From Eledone cirrhosa (taxonomy: Eukaryota): a stretch of DNA of 64,000 bases. Each line of letters opens with the position of its first letter. The first letter of the stretch is position 1. The notes below the pieces were generated by a model. The model had not been told where the DNA came from. It saw only the letters and a list, made by a program, of their open reading frames with translations, and searched no databases. Below are positions 53,021 to 64,000 of this stretch, one piece after another. Made by a program: the position numbers and the translations under genes. The stretch is from positions 304,048,001-304,112,000 of the forward strand of contig OZ024743.1 of the NCBI GenBank assembly GCA_964016885.1. Direction: 5' to 3'.

Positions 53021-56000
53021 TTACAGATATATGCTCAGAGTAGGCCCATTCACTCGGGCCATTCTTGCTTCTCTCACCCATCTTTCAACAAAATGCTGGG
53101 AAGAGAGCACTTCCCTCTCTACTCTGATTTTCCTTTTCAAATGAAATTTGAAAAAGTCAATCAGAGCATCATCGAAGAGGTAAGTGCTCGTCTTCAGCCC
53201 TTTCAAACGTGTCCACCATACTATCTCTTTCGCCATGGCCACCAGGCAGATAAAAACTGCCTGCCCTTCCCGGCTAAAGGAGGAGGGCGGGGCAATCCTC
53301 ACGATGGACTCAGATGATAGCCGGATCCGTCCTAAACGCGACAGCAGGTGTTCGACATAAACCCACAAGTCAGCAATTTTCGGACACTGGACGAGTGCGT
53401 GCAGGACGGTTTCGTCGCACTGCGCGCATCTCGGACATGCCCGGCTGACGGCACCTCCATGCCTGTAGAGTTTATCCCGAACTGGCAAGGCTCCTCGGTA
53501 GCACTGCCAGGCCAGAGATTTCTGGAAGTTGTCCATAGGCCCTGGCCCGAAAGTTCTTCCGAAGAGATTGGCTAGTTGATTTTCGTCGACGCCTAGAGTT
53601 TCCCCAAGTACGTCGTCGCTCTTCCCCTCCACTAATCCTCTATAGAACGCCGAGGTGGAGTTTCCACCGATCACATTGCCCGATTGGTCGAGGGCTGTGA
53701 GCGCCTGAAGACATTCCAGTCTCCAGGCGCTCCCTCTCGGTCTTCGCTTGACCCAGGACTGCAGCTCCGTCAAGGAAACGAGCTGGGGAAACACGCGTCT
53801 AGCAAACGGCGACCACACCTGATCACCGTCGAGGAAGAGGTGGAGATGTCGTAGCCTGAGCGCGTGCCTGCGCATCATCAGCCACGGCATGCCCAGCCCT
53901 CCACGTAGCGGGTGTTGACAACAGATGGACCGCCTGACCATCGGGGCGCGTCCCTTCCACAAAAAGCGAAAGAGCAAACGCTCCAGCACAGTCAGGCGAG
54001 GCTTAGGACAAGGTACGACGGTCAGGCGGTAGCAGATGACGGACGCGATGTACGCGTTAGCCACCTCCGCTCGACCTTTCAGGGATAGCTTCCTCTCGGC
54101 CCATTTCTGGGTGAGAGAAGCCACCCTGCTCGTCACCTCGTCCCAGTTTTTGTCCGTCTGGAGGTCCGGACCGAACCAGACCCCTAGCAATTTAACCGGT
54201 CCGTCCGTCCAGCGTCCGACGACGCTGTTGGACGGCATGGACCTGCCTCTCCAGGTGCCGAGCTGCAGGCCCACTGACTTTTCCTGGTTGATCATTGCTC
54301 CTGTCACCGCTTCGTATTCTCTTAGTGTAGTGCCGATCGCCTCGATGTGTTTGGCATTCGACACCACTACGGTGACATCGTCCGCATATGCTGATACGGA
54401 TCTTCCGCATCCTAGTTCGCGCGGGACCCCCCTCAACGTCTCTAGTTTGTGCAGTAATGGCTCGAGAGTCAATACGTACAAGAGGGACGAGAGGGGACAT
54501 CCTTGGCGGACCGAGCGCATGATGTTGAACGGTTCCGACAGGTGACCGTTCACTCTCACCACAGAGCAGATATCGCTGTGCGTGGCAGCGATCCAGCCTC
54601 TGAAGACGGGCCCAAAGCCAGCCGCCCTCAGGACTGCCGCTAGGTAACGATGGTCGACCCTATCGAAAGCTTTCGACTGATCTAAATTGATCAAGGACCC
54701 ACCCGTGCCAGGTTCCCTAGCTACCCTCTCTACGATGTATCGCATGAGGTGGAGGTTGTCGTGGATGGATCTGTCGGGAATGGCGCATGTCTGCGCCTCT
54801 CCCACCAGACCACCAACGACAAGCGCCAACCTCTTTGCTAGCACCTTGGCCAAAATCTTAAACTCTGTGTTTAGCAGAGTTATGGGCCGGAAATTGTCTA
54901 TGTTATCCCCCTTGTTCGGATCCTTTCTCAGCAGTGCCACCGCTCCTCGGCTCACAGAACTGGGAATTCTCCCGTTCTGTTGCCAGTTGCAGTAGACGTC
55001 CGCCAAGAGGCCTCCGAACAAGTCTGGCATCTGTACGTAAAGTTCATAGGGCAGACCATCCAAACCAGGCGATTTACCCCTTGTGCAGCCAGTCATTGCC
55101 TCCCGTACTTCAGCGGCTGTTATCGGCTTTTCGCAACACCTCGCCTCAGTGGCCGAGAGCCGCGGCAGTCCGTCGAGGTAGACACTAAAGTCCATCCCTC
55201 TACCCGGCCCCCCGCTGCCCCCGAACAGCTGAGCGAAGTGTCGCTGAAAAGCTTCACACATTTGCCCGGGATCGAGTAGCATGCGCCCGTCGTGGTCCAC
55301 CAAAGACCGGATCGTGGCTTTGTTGCCACGACGCGCCTCCGCCACTCGGGCCCATTGAACGGCTTTCGTCCCCTCGTGTCTGAGAGCACGCACCCTAGCT
55401 CTGACAACGCAGCCTTCGTGCTTTGCATTGAAGAATTGGTCAAGGGCCAATTTCGCCGCAAGCACGTCTCGCAATGCCTTTGCTAAGCGCCTCGTCTTAT
55501 TTTCTAACTAGTTCTCCCTCTGCTCTATTTTTCTCTATTGCTAAAGCCTTACTAAACCTAATCGATTCTATTCTAATCGCTCTTTTCAGAGCAAACCACC
55601 ACTTGTTGTTGACGATGGCCCCCGTCAACGCCCGCTTAACTAGTTCGCTAATCCGGTCTCTGTAGGCCTTGCGCGCTGGTAAGGACGCGTTTAGCTTCCA
55701 GTAGCCGGGTCCTCGTCTATGAAGCCTATCTAAGTCAAGCACACAGGTCACGAACTTGTGGTCCGTGTAGCTGACTATCTTGAATTGTGGACAGCCTATG
55801 CTAGACCTATCTATTTCCCTACAAAATATTCTATCTAGATATGATCTGGATGACCCTATGCGGTTTGTCCAAGTCCACATTGGCACATTCGGGAGATCCA
55901 ATCGGTACCTGTCAGACAGTTCAAAACGCCTGAGCAGGTTGGTGAGGCTCTTGCACCCTCCACCCCTATCCGCTAATCCCACACAGTCCCAGCGTGCATC

Positions 56001-56438
56001 TAAGATCCCGTTCCAGTCGCCCACTAACACTAAAGAGCGGGACGTTCCAAGAAAGGTCTCCAGACGCCGGAAGAAATCTGGCCGCCCTGCTCCTGTCGGG
56101 GCATAGACGGCCACTAGCCTGAAAGCTTGCCCGTCTCCGCTGGTCACGTCCAGCACCACCAGCTTACCCTCTGGGTCCAGGAAGATGGCCCGTATGGCGA
56201 GATCCAAACCTCTCCGAAAAAGCACAGCAACTCCTCCACCGGATCCAGGACGGCTGGGAGATGCGTACACATCGTAGCCGCCGAAGATTGGTGCGAAGGC
56301 CCGTGCTTCGGAGATTCTGGTCTCGCTGATGGCCACTACATCTATGTTTAGTGACCTGAGGTCGTTGAGCAGGTGACCCTGCTTCCATGACGACCCCAAG
56401 CCACGCGCATTTATGCTGCCTATTCTGAGTGAGGTCAT
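53021..56438 (-). pseudogene. ORF2 of copy 2, broken by TTA>TAA (55497-55499) and a 2-nt deletion (~55467)
   Basis: Span is 3418 bp versus 3420 bp in copy 1. APE (313 aa) and RT (817 aa) ORFs are otherwise open. Confidence 0.93.
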
Positions 56439-56473
56439 GTTTAAAATAGAGTGGAAAAGATGGGAAAGACCAC

Positions 56474-58570
56474 TTACCGTACTTTTGGTAGAGGAGGGAT
56501 GGTTTTTACATCCCTTTTCACTTGATCGTCTGGTGAAGGGACCGTTGAATCGTCCCTTCGGCTGGTCGTCGGCTCTTCTAAGAGAATGTCTGAATATACT
56601 CTTCGATTGATGGTTCCTCCTAGGTCCCTGAAATCACCAACTGCGTTGGGGAATTTCGTTTTAATGTTTGTGTATTGTTTCTGTGCTATTTTTAGCAGTC
56701 TTATGTTAGTTGGCGTTTTGATTGGTGCTGGTATTATGTAGTCCTGTTGTGAAATGTCTGTGTGTTCAATTATGTAAGTCATTAGTTTCTTGTTGTGTGT
56801 GTTTATTGCCGTGCATTTGTTTTTCTGGGGGTGGGGTGTGGTTCTGCTATTTTCTTGTCGTTGTTGCTGGGTGTGTGTGTTTTGTTGTTGTGTTTGCGAT
56901 GTTGGTGCTTGTGGTGGTGGTGTTGAAGGTGTTGTTGGCGGTGGGGTTGTCGCCGGTGGTGATGGTGGTGCTGGTGTGGGTGGTGATGGTGTTGGTGGTG
57001 TTGCTGCTGTGGGTCTCTTTGCAGTAGACTTTACCCTTTTCTCATTTCTTTCCTCCCTTTTCAAAGGCGACGATGCGCTGCTTCTGCGTTTGTGCCTTCT
57101 TGCGACCTTTTGCCATCCCTCTCCCACCTCACACTCCATGTCTGATTCTGTAAGGTCGGGGAGGGGTACCAGCTCCACTCTTTCACTTGTTGTTGTTGGT
57201 GATGTTTGCACTGGTGTCTCTGTTGCAGCTGCATTTGGTATTGCTGTTGTTGTTGTTAATATTTCCACTGCTGCTGCTGTCTTTGATTTCCGTGGAGTGG
57301 GTATGGGTGCCACGGGCCTATCGTTCCTGGTTGCCACTTGTCCTGTTGCTGGTAGCCGTGGAGCCGGATTCGGAAGGAGGGGGGTTTTCTTCTTTTCCAG
57401 GGTCTTCTCGTTGCAGAAGGCCCTGAGGTGAGTCTTCGATCCACAGCGAAAGCATTTCGGGCGTTTGCCCTCAACACTTATGGGCAGTTGAGTGCCGTTA
57501 TCGAAGTCTATCACATCCGGGATAGCTTCGATGCACTCCTGGTTGGTTTGGATTAGCATCTCAATGGAGGAGCCGACCCAATCTTCTCTTACTTTTTTCT
57601 GTACTTGCAGTACAGTTGTTTTGTCCTCGATTCCGACGAGGACAGACGCGGCCAGCCAAGAAGGGGTCATTCCGGGGGGGACGTGGGTCAGTTTGACCCT
57701 CACAATTTTTTGCCCGCAGTAGGAGGGCACCAACACCATTTCCTCGCTCCTTAGGGTCACTACTGATTGGGCCTTTGCCTCCTGGGGTGTGCCAAAAAGT
57801 ACGTCTACGGTGGCGTATTTTTTGCCTCGGGTGATGTGCGTTTTCCTCTGCCACACAGACCCCAAGGCTTTTTGTATTTGGGCCTCTGTGGCTCTTTCCA
57901 CCCTACGGGATTTTGTACTTACTGTACGGTACGTGACCGTACAGTGCTCTTGGGTTTCGAAAAGATTTTTCGCTGCCTTGCAGATTGCTCGGTGTCCGTT
58001 CTTTGTCACCATCTTCTTCGCTTCCTCTAATTCCTCATTTGTTATGAGGATTGTTTCCAAGTTTTTCGCAATACCTGCAAATGAGATTGGTTTTTCTCTG
58101 CTGTTGTTGTTGTCGTCAGAGCTGCTGGTACTTTTGTTGTTGCTGCAGGTACTACGACTACTGCCTCCGCCGCTGTTGCTGTGGTTGTTGTTGGTGTTGC
58201 TGCTGCTAATGCTGTTGTTGTTTATGCTACTGGTGATGCTGTTGCGGCTGCTACTGTTGTTTTCATTGTCACTGTTGCTGTTGTTATTACGGCTGCTACT
58301 GCTATTATTCCTGACGTCAGACGAATGAACTGGGTTTTCGTATTTCCCGCACACCTGTTTCGTCGCTGTCGTCGTCGTCGTGGAGAAACCTTGCACGCTT
58401 TGCACGAGACTTTTCTTTTCTTTCATCGCTTGCGAAAGAGAAGGGAGGGAGAGAGACACATTTAAAGAAGGGAGGGAGAGAGACAATCTTCTCTCTGCTG
58501 TAGTGATGATTGAGGAAGAAGAAGACGGAATGAGTGGGAGTGACGTATGAAATTTCTTTTTCGTAGCCAT
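56474..58570 (-). CDS. Retrotransposon ORF1 of copy 2, intact (698 aa from the ATG at 58570)
   Basis: Colinear with copy 1 ORF1, and the CCHC knuckle is conserved. Confidence 0.9.
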   Translation of the reverse strand: MATKKKFHTSLPLIPSSSSSIITTAERRLSLSLPSLNVSLSLPSLSQAMKEKKSLVQSVQGFSTTTTTATKQVCGKYENPVHSSDVRNNSSSSRNNNSNSDNENNSSSRNSITSSINNNSISSSNTNNNHSNSGGGSSRSTCSNNKSTSSSDDNNNSREKPISFAGIAKNLETILITNEELEEAKKMVTKNGHRAICKAAKNLFETQEHCTVTYRTVSTKSRRVERATEAQIQKALGSVWQRKTHITRGKKYATVDVLFGTPQEAKAQSVVTLRSEEMVLVPSYCGQKIVRVKLTHVPPGMTPSWLAASVLVGIEDKTTVLQVQKKVREDWVGSSIEMLIQTNQECIEAIPDVIDFDNGTQLPISVEGKRPKCFRCGSKTHLRAFCNEKTLEKKKTPLLPNPAPRLPATGQVATRNDRPVAPIPTPRKSKTAAAVEILTTTTAIPNAAATETPVQTSPTTTSERVELVPLPDLTESDMECEVGEGWQKVARRHKRRSSASSPLKREERNEKRVKSTAKRPTAATPPTPSPPTPAPPSPPATTPPPTTPSTPPPQAPTSQTQQQNTHTQQQRQENSRTTPHPQKNKCTAINTHNKKLMTYIIEHTDISQQDYIIPAPIKTPTNIRLLKIAQKQYTNIKTKFPNAVGDFRDLGGTINRRVYSDILLEEPTTSRRDDSTVPSPDDQVKRDVKTIPPLPKVR

Positions 58571-58814
58571 GTTTTTTTTGTTTAAAATGAAATTTTGGGT
58601 ACAAAACCCCAATAACTGGTTATTTAACCCCGAAGGGCCAAATAACGGACAGAAAGACCCCTCTCACGAGGAGGAGGGTGTCTTTATCAACAATTTGGTT
58701 CAAGTTTTAAACAATTTACAATTGTTTTAACGGTTAAGAATTACTATACCTTACAGAGCCGAGCCTCCGTCAACCATGGCATTCAATAATAATAATAATA
58801 ATAATAATAATAAT

Positions 58815-61512
58815 CAGAGCCTTGGTGCAAGAAACGACTGAGTGGTCAAATCAGGGAAATAAGAAATGACATTGGAAAGCTTGAGTCCCTACTGAATGGG
58901 ACACTAAAAAACATAGACACTAAAAATAGACTGGAAATATAGTACAAAGGAAAAAGCTAAATATTATCATAGAGGAACTGAAGCAACGCATTGTAGCAAA
59001 GAGTGAAAAAATCAGGCGATACGAGAACAGAGTCAGTCAGTATAGACAGAACCTCATGTTCGACAACAACCAGAAGATGCTGTTTGGACACCTTGAAGGG
59101 AAAGAAAGAGGCAACGACTTGATCCCTGAGGCGGAACAAACTAAAACATTCTGGAGAGGAATATGGGAGCAGGATGTTAAAAATAATGACCAGGCAGTGT
59201 GGATTGAGACAGTACAGAAGAAGATTAATGAACAGGCACACTAACAAACCGATTTGAGTATCACAGTTGAAACTCTTAAGGGGCAGTCCCAAAAAACTAA
59301 CCAACTGGAAATCACCAGGCCCAGATGGTGTGCAGGGGTATTGGATTAAAAATATAACATCCCTCCACCCGAAACTGACAACCATGTTCAATGACTGCTT
59401 GATGTCAGGTGAGGTACCAGAGTGGTTGACAAAAGTTACCACAGTTCTGATAATGAAAAACCGAATCAAGGGTAATGATGTTACCAACTATAGATCTATC
59501 ACATCTCTGTCCGTAATGTGGAAACTGTTGACAAACATTATGTCTGAGGAAATCTACCATCACCTCCACACAAACAACGTGTTACCGGACGAACAGAAAG
59601 GATGCCGAAAGAAGTCACGTGGTACAAAGGACCAGTTACTTATTGATAAGAGGGTAATGAGGAATTGCAAGAGGAGACACACTGGTCTTGCCATGGCATG
59701 GATAGACTACAAAAGGCATTTGACATGGTGCCTCATTCTTGGATCACCACAAGCCTGGAGTTCTTCAAGGTAGCAGATAACATCAGACAGTTGTTGGGCA
59801 AAAGTATGAAGTCCTGGGAAACAGAGTTAACATCAGCTGGAGAATCCATGGGAAGCGTGAAGATCAAGAGAGGAATCCTTCGGGGAGATAGTCTGTCCCC
59901 TCTGTTGTTTGTCCTTGCCCTGATGCCCGTGACCAGTGTACTGCGAAAAGTGAGAGCAGGATACAGGTTGGGAAAGGGAAGGCTTATCATCAATCACCTC
60001 CTCTTCATGGACGATCTTAAGCTCTTCGGAAAGAGTGAGAAGGAGTTGGATGTGCTTGTTGACACTGTCCGTATTTTCAGCAATGGTATATGTATGCAAT
60101 TTGGTATTAGTAAGTGTGGAGTCCTTGTGATGAAGAGGGGTAAATTGAGCAGAAGTGACGGAATCCAGGTACAAACAGGTGAGATGATAAAGAAATTGAC
60201 TCTGAAGAAGGATACAACTATTTGGGTGTTCTGGAGGCTGATGACATCAAGAACAAAAACATGAAGGAATTGATAAAACTGAATACATTCGGAGAGTAAG
60301 GAGCGTATTAAAGTCACATCTGAACAGTAGGAATGCCATAAATGCAGTAAATTCCCGAGGTGTGTCTATTATTAGGTACAGTGCGGGAATTCTGAGATGG
60401 AATGTTGCTGAACAAAAAGAAATGGATAGGAAGACTAGGAAGTTATTGACTATCTACAACATGTTCCACAAGAGGAGTGATGTCGATTGACTCTACTTAA
60501 GGAGATATCAAGGTGGAAGAGGTCTTATCAGCATAGATGACTGTGTTCAGATGGAGAAAACAACCTACACAAATACGTGACTGATAGTAAGGAGCCAATG
60601 CTCAGAACTGTACTGAAGGAGGGGACAATAGACCAGGGGATGCCCAAGGAGGAAATAACATCAAGGAGGAAGAGCAGCGTTCAGGAAAAATCCCTTCATA
60701 GTACCTTCTTTGAGAAAACTGAATTCAGAGATCCACAGACATGGAACTGGTTGAAAAGAGGAGACCTTAAAAAGGCTACAGAAGGAATGTTAATGGCTGC
60801 GCAAAAGCAGGCCCTCAAAACGAAGTGGTTGAAACACCATATTTACAAGAAGGAGGCTAGCCCACTGTGTAGGATCTGTGAAGAGAGAGAGGAGACTGTG
60901 GCGCACTTTGTATCCGAGTGTAAACACCCAGCCCAGACTCACTATAAGGCCTGGAGATATGATGTGATGGGCAGGGTGATCCACTTGCATCTATGCAAGG
61001 TAAACAATTTACCACATTCTGAGAAGTGGTATGAGCATAAGCCAGAGTCGGTGATAGAAAACGATCAGGTGAAGGTGCTGTGGGATTTTAGAATACAGAC
61101 GGACAAGAAACTGGAACACAATAGACCTGACCACGTGGTTGTGGACACAGAAAAAGATCGTGCCTGATTGTGGATGTGGCCTGCCCATTCGACACGAGAG
61201 TGCAAGAGAAGGAGAGGGAGAAAATTAACCGATACCAGGACTTAAAGTGGGAGGTAAAAAGGATTTGGAACTGCCATGAAGTCAAAGTGGTCCCGATTGT
61301 GATAAGCGCACTAAGTACTATCTCAAAAAGTTTCCAGGGATTGTTAAAGAAAATTGGCCCCTTCACGCTTTTTGGAACGCTTCAAAAGGCATGCTTGCTG
61401 GGAATAGCAAGAACACTCCGATACGTCATGAATATCTGAGGCTGCAAGTAGTGGCTTGATATTCATTTCAACAAACTTTCCAGTTAACTAACATCTATGA
61501 CTGAGACTCAAA

Positions 61513-61513
<1 letters not shown>
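58815..61513 (+). mobile_element. 5'-truncated, decayed R4/Dong-clade non-LTR retrotransposon (RT + CCHC + restriction-like endonuclease)
   Basis: EPWCKKRLSGQI; NWKSPGPDGVQGYWIK; EQKGCRKKSRGTKDQLLID; AWIDY.KAFDMVPH; RGILRGDSLSPLLF; HLLFMDDLKLF; CRICEEREETVAHFVSEC; WDFRIQTD..NRPD...DVACPFD..EKINRYQDL. (TAA)n on both sides. Confidence 0.93.
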
Positions 61514-61550
<37 letters not shown>

Positions 61551-61570
61551 TTAATAATAATAATAATAAT

Positions 61571-64000
61571 GCTTTCTTTATTAACCACATGGGTCCACAT
61601 AAAGTAGACATGAAGGACAGTACAGGACAATACAGGGTGGTACAAATGGGCATTTATGCATGTAAAAAACAAGAAATAGAGGATGTAATAATAGAACAAT
61701 AAAAAAATTCCCCAATAGGGGGGTGACTGCCGAGGGACATTCGTGGAGAAAGCCCATTAAAAGGCCACAGTGACCCTGACCACCAGGGCAAGTGCTCTCC
61801 AAGTTTTCCACCTTTAATTTACAGACACATACTCAGAGTAGGCCCATTCACTCGGGCCGTTCTTGCCTCTCTCACCCATCTTTCAACAAAATGCTGGGAA
61901 GAGAGCACTTCCCTTTCTACCCTGATTTTCCTTTTCAAATGAAATTTAAGAAGTTAATCAGGGCATCACCGAAGAGGTAAGTGCTCGTCTTCAGCCCTTT
62001 CAAACGTGTCCAGCATACTATCTATCTCGCCATGACCACCAGACAGATAAAAACTGCCTGCCTTTCCCGGCTAAAGGAGGGGCAAGAGGGCGGGGCAATA
62101 CTCACGATGGACTCAGCTGATAGCTGGATCCGTCCTACACGTGACAGCAGGTGTTCGACCTAAACCCACAAGTCAGCAATGCTCGGACACTGGACGAGTG
62201 TGTGCAGGACGGTTTCGTCGCCCTGCGCGCAGCACGGACATGCCCGGATGACGGCACCTCCATGCCTGTAGAGTTTATCCCGAACAGGCAAAGCTCCTCG
62301 GTAGCACTGCCAGGCCAGGGATTTCTGGAAGTTGTTCATAGGCCCAGGCCCGAAAGTCCTTCCGAAGAGATTGGCTAGTTGATTTTCGTCGACGCCTAGA
62401 GTTTCTCCAAGTACGTCGTCGCTCTTCCCCTCCACTAATCCCCTATAGAACGCCAAGGTGGAGTTTCCACCGATCACATTGCCCGATTGGTCGAGGGCTG
62501 TGAGCGCCTGAAGACATTCCAGTCTCCAAGCGTTCCCTCTCGGTCTTTGCTTGATCCAGGACTGCAGCTCCGTCAAGGAGACGAGCTGGGGAAAGACGCG
62601 TCTAGCAAACGGAGACCACAACTGATCTCCGTCGAGGAAGAGGTGATGTCGTAGCCTGAGCGCGTGTCTGCGCATCATCAGCCACGGCATTCCCAGCCCT
62701 CCACGTAGCGGGTGTTGACAGCAGATGGACCGCCTGACGATCGGAGCACGTCCCTTCCACAAAAAGCGAAAGAACAAACGCTCCAGCGCAGTCAGGTGGG
62801 GCTTAGGACAAGGTACGACGGTCAGGCGGTAATAGATGACGGACGCGATATACGGGTTAGCCACCTCCGCTCGACCTTTCAGTGATAGCTTCCTCTCGGC
62901 CCATTTCTGTGTGAGAGAAGCAACCCTGCTCGTCACCTCGTCCCAGTTTTTGTCCGTCTGGAGATCCGGACAGAACCAGACCCCGAGCAATTAAACCGGT
63001 CCGACGTTGTTGGACGGCATGGACCTGCCTCTCCAGGTGCCGAGTTGCAGGCCCACTGACTTTTCCTGGTTGATCATTTCTCCTGTCACCGCTTCGTATT
63101 CTCTTAGTGTAGTGCCGATCGCCTCGATGTGTTTGGCGTTCGACACCACTACGGTGACGTCGTCCGCATATGCTGACACGGATCTTCCGCATCCTAGTTT
63201 GCGCGCGACCCCCCTCAACGTCTCCAGTTTGTGCAGTAATGGCTCGAGAGTCAATACGTACAAGAGGGACGAGAGGGGACATCCTTGGCGGACCGAGCGT
63301 ATGATGTTGAACCGTTCTGAAAGGTGACCGTTCACTCTCACCACAGAGCAGATGTCGCTGTTCATGGCAGCGATCCAGCCTCTGAAGACAGGCCCAAAGC
63401 GAGCCGCCCTCAGGACTGCCGTTAGGTAACGATGGTCGACCCTATCGAAAGCTTTCGACTGATCTAAATTGATCAATGATCTACCCGTGCCAGGTTCCCT
63501 AGCTACCCTCTCTACGATGTATCGCATGAGGTGGAGGTTGTCGTGGATGGATCTGTTGGGAATGGCCCATGTCTGCGCCTCTCCCACCAGAACACCAACG
63601 ACAAGCGCCAACCTCTTTGCTAGCACCTTGGCCAAAATCTTGAACTCTTTAATTAGCAGGGTTATGGGCCTAAAATTATCTATGTTATCACCATTGTTCG
63701 GATCCTTTCTCAGCAGCGCCACAGCTCCTCGGTTTACAGAGCTGGGAATTCTCGCGTTCTGTTGCCAGTTGCAGTAGACGTCCGCCAAGAGGCCTCCGAA
63801 AAAGTCTGGCATCTGTACGGAAAGTTCATAGGGCAGACCATCCAAACCAGGCGATTTACCCCTTGTGCAGCCAGTCATTGCCTCCCGTACTTCAGCGGCT
63901 GTTATAGGCTTTTCGCAACACTCCACCTCAGTGGGCCGAGAGCCGCGGCAGTACGTCGAGGTAGACACTAAAGTCCATCCCTCGATCCGGCCCGCCGCTG
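61571..64000 (-). mobile_element. Tx1/L1-clade retrotransposon copy 3 (older, frameshifted; continues beyond the window)
   Basis: 3'UTR and RT/zinc-finger region homologous to copies 1 and 2 but with more substitutions, a deletion near 63000, a stop at 62160-62162 and an insertion near 62080. Confidence 0.93.

Larger units (their letters stand above)
52772..58784 (-). mobile_element. Full-length Tx1/L1-clade retrotransposon, copy 2
   Basis: Same architecture as copy 1. Bounded by (AAT)9 at 52745-52771 and (AAT)10 at 58785-58814. Confidence 0.95.

Noticed and set aside
46649-61570. Telomeric or CRISPR-like array interpretation
   Set aside because: The spacers are whole retrotransposons and the repeats are (AAT)n, not TTAGGG or CRISPR repeats. 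The context is eukaryotic, with no cas genes.
47306-63971. Plus-strand ORFs recurring in each Tx1 copy (e.g. 169 aa, 213 aa, 179 aa)
   Set aside because: Antisense shadows of GC-rich or low-complexity coding sequence. They recur only because the copies are near-identical, and they contain no motifs.

Overview
AT-rich, microsatellite-laden eukaryotic genomic DNA made almost entirely of transposable elements. The SINE family and the (TA)n/(CA)n density suggest an octopod cephalopod, but that is an inference. No intact host gene could be supported. The right third (46.6-64 kb) is a head-to-tail array of three Tx1/L1-clade non-LTR retrotransposons: two near full-length copies with intact ORF1 and differently broken ORF2, and one older partial copy. 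The copies are separated only by (AAT)n tracts, and a decayed R4/Dong-type (RT + REL endonuclease) element sits in the opposite orientation inside one of those tracts. The left two-thirds holds many Penelope-like (GIY-YIG) fragments and pseudo-LTRs inserted in (TA)n, at least ten readable minimal type I hammerhead ribozymes, RTE-clade LINEs, tRNA-derived SINEs, an internally deleted mariner and a possible non-autonomous Helitron. Main observations: (1) several perfect palindromes fold back inside hammerhead stem II, suggesting ribozyme-hairpin-primed fold-back synthesis; (2) the (AAT)n tails act as a self-renewing landing pad shared by an APE-type and a REL-type retrotransposon; (3) twin-priming-type inversions occur in an RTE and in a Penelope-like element. 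Most short ORFs in the supplied track are microsatellite or antisense artefacts. All alignments and folds were done by eye.
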